Positions 59,806-64,000 of a DNA stretch of 64,000 nt are shown here, one piece after another. Origin of the DNA: an uncultured delta proteobacterium (GTDB lineage Bacteria > Myxococcota_A > Polyangia > Fen-1088); NCBI GenBank assembly GCA_963755125.1, contig CAVWIP010000015.1, positions 343,133 to 407,132 of the forward strand, given 5' to 3'. Each line of letters begins with the position of its first letter. The first letter of the stretch is position 1. The translations under genes and the position numbers were made by a program. Below the pieces are notes generated by a model. It did not search any database and had not been told where the DNA came from. It saw nothing but the letters and a program-made list of their open reading frames with translations.

Positions 59806-61587
59806 ATGAAGATCTCTCTCACCATCCAGCTCAACAAGACGTCATTCTGGCGGAACCTGCCCGTGGCCGCGCCGATAGTACTTGCGCTGGGGCTGCTGGG
59901 CGCGACCCTGCGCAGGCGCAGCCTGATGGAGCCGTTCTTCGTCCACGGCACATACTTCATTCTTCTGACCATGGTGGTGTTCTGGGCGTCGGCGTACATC
60001 CTCGCCCTCAAGGGCACGAGCAAGGAGAGCTTGGTGGCGTGGCTAAAGGACAACTGGCGGGGCCTGGTGCTGGCGGCCGCCGTCTCGCTAGTTGCCATCC
60101 TGGCAGTGCCGCCCGCCCTGCGCGTGCTGGCGGACGAGACCAACCTGCTGGGCGTGTCCAAGAACCTGTTCTTCAACAAGACCGCCGACTTCGCGACCAC
60201 GGGCAAGTGGTACTACGAAACCTACTGGAACCTGAACGTGACCATGGATCGGCGCCCGGCACTTTTCCCGTTCCTGGTCAGCTTGATCCACGCGGTCAGG
60301 GGCTACCGCTACACCAACGTCTTTTTCGTCAATGCCATTCTCATTCCATTCTTCGTCTTCGTCGCCTATCGCCTGGCCAAGTCCCTGGGCAACGAGGTCT
60401 ACGGCATCCTGGCGGGCGCGTTTGCATTGGCCCATCCCGTCGCCCTGGTGTCGGTCCGCTCCGGTGGCTTCGAGGTGATGGCGGCCTTGTTCGCCCTGGT
60501 CTGCATCAAGCACTTTCTCGACTATGCCAGGCAGCCCACGGCCAACCGCCTGGCCCTGCTGTGGCTGAATCTCTGCATGCTGGCGCACATCCGCTACGAG
60601 GGCGCTGTTTCTCTGGTTGCGGCGTTCGTGGTTTTGTTCGCTCTGCGCATGGTGAAGTGGGAGCAGGTGAAGCCCTACGCGTTCGTCTATGCGTTCACGC
60701 CTCTCTTTGCCCTGCCCCGCATCTGGCAGACGATCTTGAAGGCCGACGACGGCGAACAGCCGCTCAATGCGACCCTGTTCGGCTGGAAACATCTGTCCGA
60801 GAACACCCGCAACTACTTCGGCCTCGTGCTCAATCCGTTCGATTTTGCCAAGCCCCATTCGGCCTTGCTGCTGCTGCTGGGCCTTGTCGGCTGTCTGCTC
60901 GCGGTGCGGTCGCTGTGGAAGCTTTTCCACGAACGCGAGCGCAGTGTTGCCAAGGAACGGTTCGCCGTTTTCGCTGTTGTCTGGGTGGCCGTGATGGCGA
61001 CGATCTACTTTCCCTATTTCTGGGGCAAGCCCTTGCACCCGGCATCGGCGCGGCTGTTCGTGCCTCTTGATGTGTTCCTCTCGCTCATGGCCGCGTGGCT
61101 CGTAGCCTTACTCTGCCGGCGCGCGCCGCTCTGGCTGCCCGCGCTGGTGGCGGCTGCGGCTCTACTTGTGAACGTGTCGGTGGCCAGCGAGGCCCGCTTC
61201 ATCAACGAGCTGACCTTGACCCGCGAGGCAGCTCAGACCTGGCGCTACTTCGAGCAGATTCATGACAAGAACATCATGGTGGTCACCGACCGCCCAGGGC
61301 TGTACACGGTGATGGACTACGGGGCTCAGGATCTGTCCGTGGCCAGGCAAGGCCAGGACTTGATGTACGAGCTATCCCGTCATCTCTACCGCGACATGTA
61401 CGTGATTCAGGAAATGGACTTGACCACCAAGAAGCCGCTGCCCGAGTTCGAGATCTGGCCCGAACACAAGAAGGAAGTCGTTCTCGAGTTCCAGAACGCG
61501 GAGAATTCGACGGTTCGGATAGCACGCATGACGCAAGAGCCGGCGACGCCACCCCCGGCACCGCCGCCGGGCCCGGCGGCGCCGTAG
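59806..61587 (+). CDS. Polytopic membrane protein, probable GT-C (ArnT/PMT-like) glycosyltransferase
   Basis: GAGGA RBS, LADE motif in the first large loop, RPALFPFLVS, GGFE, IRYE, ARLFVP; many TM helices. Confidence 0.7.
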   Translation: MKISLTIQLNKTSFWRNLPVAAPIVLALGLLGATLRRRSLMEPFFVHGTYFILLTMVVFWASAYILALKGTSKESLVAWLKDNWRGLVLAAAVSLVAILAVPPALRVLADETNLLGVSKNLFFNKTADFATTGKWYYETYWNLNVTMDRRPALFPFLVSLIHAVRGYRYTNVFFVNAILIPFFVFVAYRLAKSLGNEVYGILAGAFALAHPVALVSVRSGGFEVMAALFALVCIKHFLDYARQPTANRLALLWLNLCMLAHIRYEGAVSLVAAFVVLFALRMVKWEQVKPYAFVYAFTPLFALPRIWQTILKADDGEQPLNATLFGWKHLSENTRNYFGLVLNPFDFAKPHSALLLLLGLVGCLLAVRSLWKLFHERERSVAKERFAVFAVVWVAVMATIYFPYFWGKPLHPASARLFVPLDVFLSLMAAWLVALLCRRAPLWLPALVAAAALLVNVSVASEARFINELTLTREAAQTWRYFEQIHDKNIMVVTDRPGLYTVMDYGAQDLSVARQGQDLMYELSRHLYRDMYVIQEMDLTTKKPLPEFEIWPEHKKEVVLEFQNAENSTVRIARMTQEPATPPPAPPPGPAAP

Positions 61588-61642
61588 GCAGGAGGCTGGA
61601 GCTACCGCGCCTGCCAGCGGGGAATAGCGACGCCGTCTTGGC

Positions 61643-61686
61643 TTGACGAAGCCGATTCACCATATGCATAATTCACCAAATGGTGA
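61643..61686 (+). promoter_or_regulatory. Promoter and palindromic operator of the mqsRA-like locus
   Basis: TTGACG-N18-CATAAT (61643-61672). Palindrome TCACCA-AA-TGGTGA (61673-61686) and a second TCACCA half-site at 61657-61662. Confidence 0.65.
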
Positions 61687-61784
61687 TAGAAGCCGAAACA
61701 CGTGTCGAACTGGTCATCAGAGAGGGCTGCCTGATCGTGTCGTTCCACGAGGACGAAGGTGATCCCCATGAAGAAGTCCCGTAG
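61680..61784 (+). pseudogene. 34-aa remnant of an MqsR-like toxin
   Basis: MVIEAETRVELVIREGCLIVSFHEDEGDPHEEVP*. The IVSFH motif resembles the MqsR-family C-terminus; the ORF overlaps the antitoxin start. Confidence 0.6.
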
Positions 61785-62229
61785 AGAGAAGACCACAATC
61801 ACTTCCGCGCGACGCAGGCTTGCCGACGATGCGTGCCCTTCGTGTGGCACCGGCATGATTGAAAGGCGCGCGCAGCTCAAGCTCCCTTTGAATGGGGAGA
61901 ATGTGTCCGTACCCTCTGCACTACACCTGAGCTGTCCAAAGTGCGGCGAGATCGTTCTGCGTTTCGAGGACTCCCGACGGCTTCAAGAAGATGCGATCGC
62001 CATCTACCGCAAGAAACATGGCCTGCTGTCGGCAAGCCAGATTCGGGCCATTCGCGAGCATTTCGGCCTCACGCAGGGCCAGTTCGGCAGCCTGCTGCAT
62101 CTGGGAGCCAACACCGTTTCGCGCTGGGAGTCCGGCCGGAACGTGCAGACTGAAGCGATGGAGATGTTGCTTAGGCTCATTCGGGACTTGCCGGGGAGCC
62201 TCGCCTATCTCCGTCGACATGCGGCGTAG
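61768..62229 (+). CDS. mqsA: MqsA-family antitoxin (Zn ribbon plus XRE HTH)
   Basis: CPSCG...CPKCGE, LLSASQIRAIREHFGLTQGQFGSLLHLGANTVSRWESG. Confidence 0.9.
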   Translation: MKKSRREKTTITSARRRLADDACPSCGTGMIERRAQLKLPLNGENVSVPSALHLSCPKCGEIVLRFEDSRRLQEDAIAIYRKKHGLLSASQIRAIREHFGLTQGQFGSLLHLGANTVSRWESGRNVQTEAMEMLLRLIRDLPGSLAYLRRHAA

Positions 62230-62242
62230 CAAGGGGGTTGCA

Positions 62243-62261
62243 GGGCGACCTGCGGTCGCCC
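62243..62261. repeat. GC-rich palindrome (REP-like or terminator hairpin)
   Basis: GGGCGACC-TGC-GGTCGCCC just downstream of mqsA; no U-tract. Confidence 0.45.
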
Positions 62262-62413
62262 ATGCGTCTATAAATGGGCTCTGAAAACTTTGCGGGGTCC
62301 GCAACGGCGTTCCGGGTGCGAAGTGGTTGCTGGGGGCACACGAGGCTATATTGACCTACCAGAAAAGCGGCATGCCGCTGCGAAATCACTAGGGTTTTCG
62401 TCGGTGGCAGACC

Positions 62414-62429
62414 TGGCCAGCGGCTTGCT
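62414..62429 (+). promoter_or_regulatory. Sigma-54 (-24/-12) promoter candidate
   Basis: TGGCCAGCGGCTTGCT: GG-N10-GC with TGGC and TTGCT, 26 nt upstream of ATG 62456. Confidence 0.6.
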
Positions 62430-62455
62430 TGCTGCAAGTGTCTGAGAGAACTGCT

Positions 62456-64000
62456 ATGACCGCCGGCCCATCCCGAGCATTCCGTCGCTGGTGTGTAGCG
62501 ACGATCTTGCTGGTGGTGTCCTGGTCGCTTCCGGGATCGGTCTACGCACGGGTCAGCCCGATGGAGATCGTGAAGTACCAGCTACGCAAGCCGAACTTCC
62601 TCATCGTGGTTGAGAGCGCCGAGTCGATGCAGGGGATTCCGGGCGAAAACGCCACGCGCTTCAACGAGGTCGGCGCGGACTGCCAGGATGGTGATCGCTT
62701 CTGCCGCCTGTATGGCCAGGCCAATCGGTGCGAGTTCTCTGGCATGGGCAGCCAGGGGTACGTGTTCGACTACGTGGCGGCTGGGACAGCCACTCAGACC
62801 GCGACCCAGTCCCAACCTACGGCCACATTCAGCGTGACGGTCACGTATACCGGCACCAACACACTGACCGGCAATACCACCGCAGTGATGACCAGCACGT
62901 CGCCGGGCGCGAGCGGGACTGCGATCGCGACCGAAACGGTGACCGTCATCGCGTCCCAGAGCGCGACAGGCACGGTGACCTCAAGCCCGACGGGGACTCA
63001 GACCGCTACGCAAACCGGGACGCAGACGGTAACCAACAGCCAGACCAACACGCAGACGGGGACGCACACCCTGACAGCTAGTCAGACCAACACGCAGACG
63101 GGGACGCAGACCCAGACCGCGAGCCAGACCACCACGCAGACCGCGACGCAGACCCAGACCGCGAGCCAGACCACCACGCAGACGGGGACGCACACCCAGA
63201 CCGCAAGCCAGACCAATACGCAAACCGCGACCCAGACCCAGACCGCAAGCCAGACCAATACGCAAACCGCGACCCAGACCCAGACCGCAAGCCAGACCAA
63301 CACGCAGACCGCGACCCAGACTCAGACCGCGAGCCAGACCAATACGCAGACCGCAACGCACACCCAGACAGCAAGCCAGACCAATACGCAGACAGCGACG
63401 CAGACCCAGACCGCGAGCCAGACCAACACGCAGACCGCGACGCAGACCCAGACCGCGAGCCAGACCAACACGCAGACCGCGACGCAGACCCAGACTGCGA
63501 GTCAGACCAACACGCAGACTGCGACGCAGACCCAGGCAGCGAGCCAGACCACCACGCAGACCGCGACCCAGACCCAGACCGCAAGCCAGACCACCACGCA
63601 GACCGCAACGCAGACCCAGACCGCAAGCCAGACCAACACGCAGACCGCGACCCAGACCCAGACCGCAAGCCAGACCAACACGCAGACCGCGACGCACACC
63701 CAGACCGCAAGCCAGACCAACACGCAGACCGCGACACAGACGCAGACCGCGAGCCAGACCAATACGCAGACCGCGACACAGACGCAGACCGCGAGCCAGA
63801 CCAACACGCAGACCGCGACACAGACGCAGACCGCGAGCCAGACCAACACGCAGACTGCAACGCACACGCAGACCGCAAGCCAGACCAATACGCAGACCGC
63901 GACCCAGACCCAGACCGCAAGCCAGACCAACACGCAGACCGCGACCCAGACCCAGACCGCAAGCCAGACCAACACGCAGACCGCGACCCAGACGTTGCCA
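62456..64000 (+). CDS. Large secreted protein, 3'-truncated by the window edge, with a possibly PilY1-like N-terminus and a Thr/Gln repeat tract
   Basis: Translated by hand: MTAGPSRAFRRWCVATILLVVSWSLPGSVYA (signal), then RKPNFLIVVESAESMQG, three Cys, and a Thr-rich region. No stop codon before 64000, so the ORF track omits it. Confidence 0.88.
   Translation, partial: MTAGPSRAFRRWCVATILLVVSWSLPGSVYARVSPMEIVKYQLRKPNFLIVVESAESMQGIPGENATRFNEVGADCQDGDRFCRLYGQANRCEFSGMGSQGYVFDYVAAGTATQTATQSQPTATFSVTVTYTGTNTLTGNTTAVMTSTSPGASGTAIATETVTVIASQSATGTVTSSPTGTQTATQTGTQTVTNSQTNTQTGTHTLTASQTNTQTGTQTQTASQTTTQTATQTQTASQTTTQTGTHTQTASQTNTQTATQTQTASQTNTQTATQTQTASQTNTQTATQTQTASQTNTQTATHTQTASQTNTQTATQTQTASQTNTQTATQTQTASQTNTQTATQTQTASQTNTQTATQTQAASQTTTQTATQTQTASQTTTQTATQTQTASQTNTQTATQTQTASQTNTQTATHTQTASQTNTQTATQTQTASQTNTQTATQTQTASQTNTQTATQTQTASQTNTQTATHTQTASQTNTQTATQTQTASQTNTQTATQTQTASQTNTQTATQTLP
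63038..63994 (+). repeat. 42-bp coding tandem repeat, 22 full units plus a degenerate 23rd, consensus SQTNTQTATQTQTA
   Basis: AGC/AGT unit starts recur every 42 nt from 63038 to 63962. Variation is mostly synonymous, plus N/T, A/G and Q/H swaps. Confidence 0.96.

Noticed and set aside
62981..63975. Minus-strand repeat ORFs (RVGLARGLGL, SRSACWSG, VWLAVWVW)
   Set aside because: These are shadows of the plus-strand Thr/Gln repeat. The plus frame has a signal peptide and stays open throughout, and one minus frame is broken by stops.
63038..63994. CRISPR array interpretation of the 42-bp periodic repeat
   Set aside because: Units are contiguous with no unique spacers, the period is a multiple of 3, variation is mostly synonymous, and there are no cas genes.

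Overview
A high-GC bacterial chromosomal segment. The gene content and a Myxococcus-type LexA box suggest Myxococcota or a related deltaproteobacterium; this is an inference. Housekeeping genes include proS (partial)-pyrF-rlmB-asd, fprA and rubredoxin, iorAB-paaK-ACT-aminotransferase, amtB, hisG, cstA, ilvD, tRNA-Leu(UAA), purMN, degP, nrdR-ribD-ribE-ribB(X)-ribH-nusB, thiSG-thiE, a cold-shock gene, and ahpC-hisC-rpoH. Accessory content includes two damaged toxin-antitoxin loci, a shortened DUF222 gene, a GH6 glucanase, several lipoproteins and a cell-surface glycosylation cluster. Three observations stand out. (1) An AmmeMemoRadiSam operon (5381-10562) in which four consecutive proteins carry apparent export signals: a MEMO1-AMMECR1 fusion, a DUF362 protein, the radical SAM enzyme and an FkbM-type methyltransferase. 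This implies SAM/Fe-S chemistry outside the cytoplasm. (2) A secreted, possibly PilY1-like protein missing from the ORF track (62456 to beyond 64000), preceded by a sigma-54-like promoter. It has 22 complete copies plus a degenerate 23rd of a 14-aa repeat, SQTNTQTATQTQTA, with Ser/Thr at every second residue. (3) Candidate LexA boxes in front of the DUF222 gene and an orphan DNA-repair radical SAM gene. All calls come from reading motifs by eye; no database searches were run.
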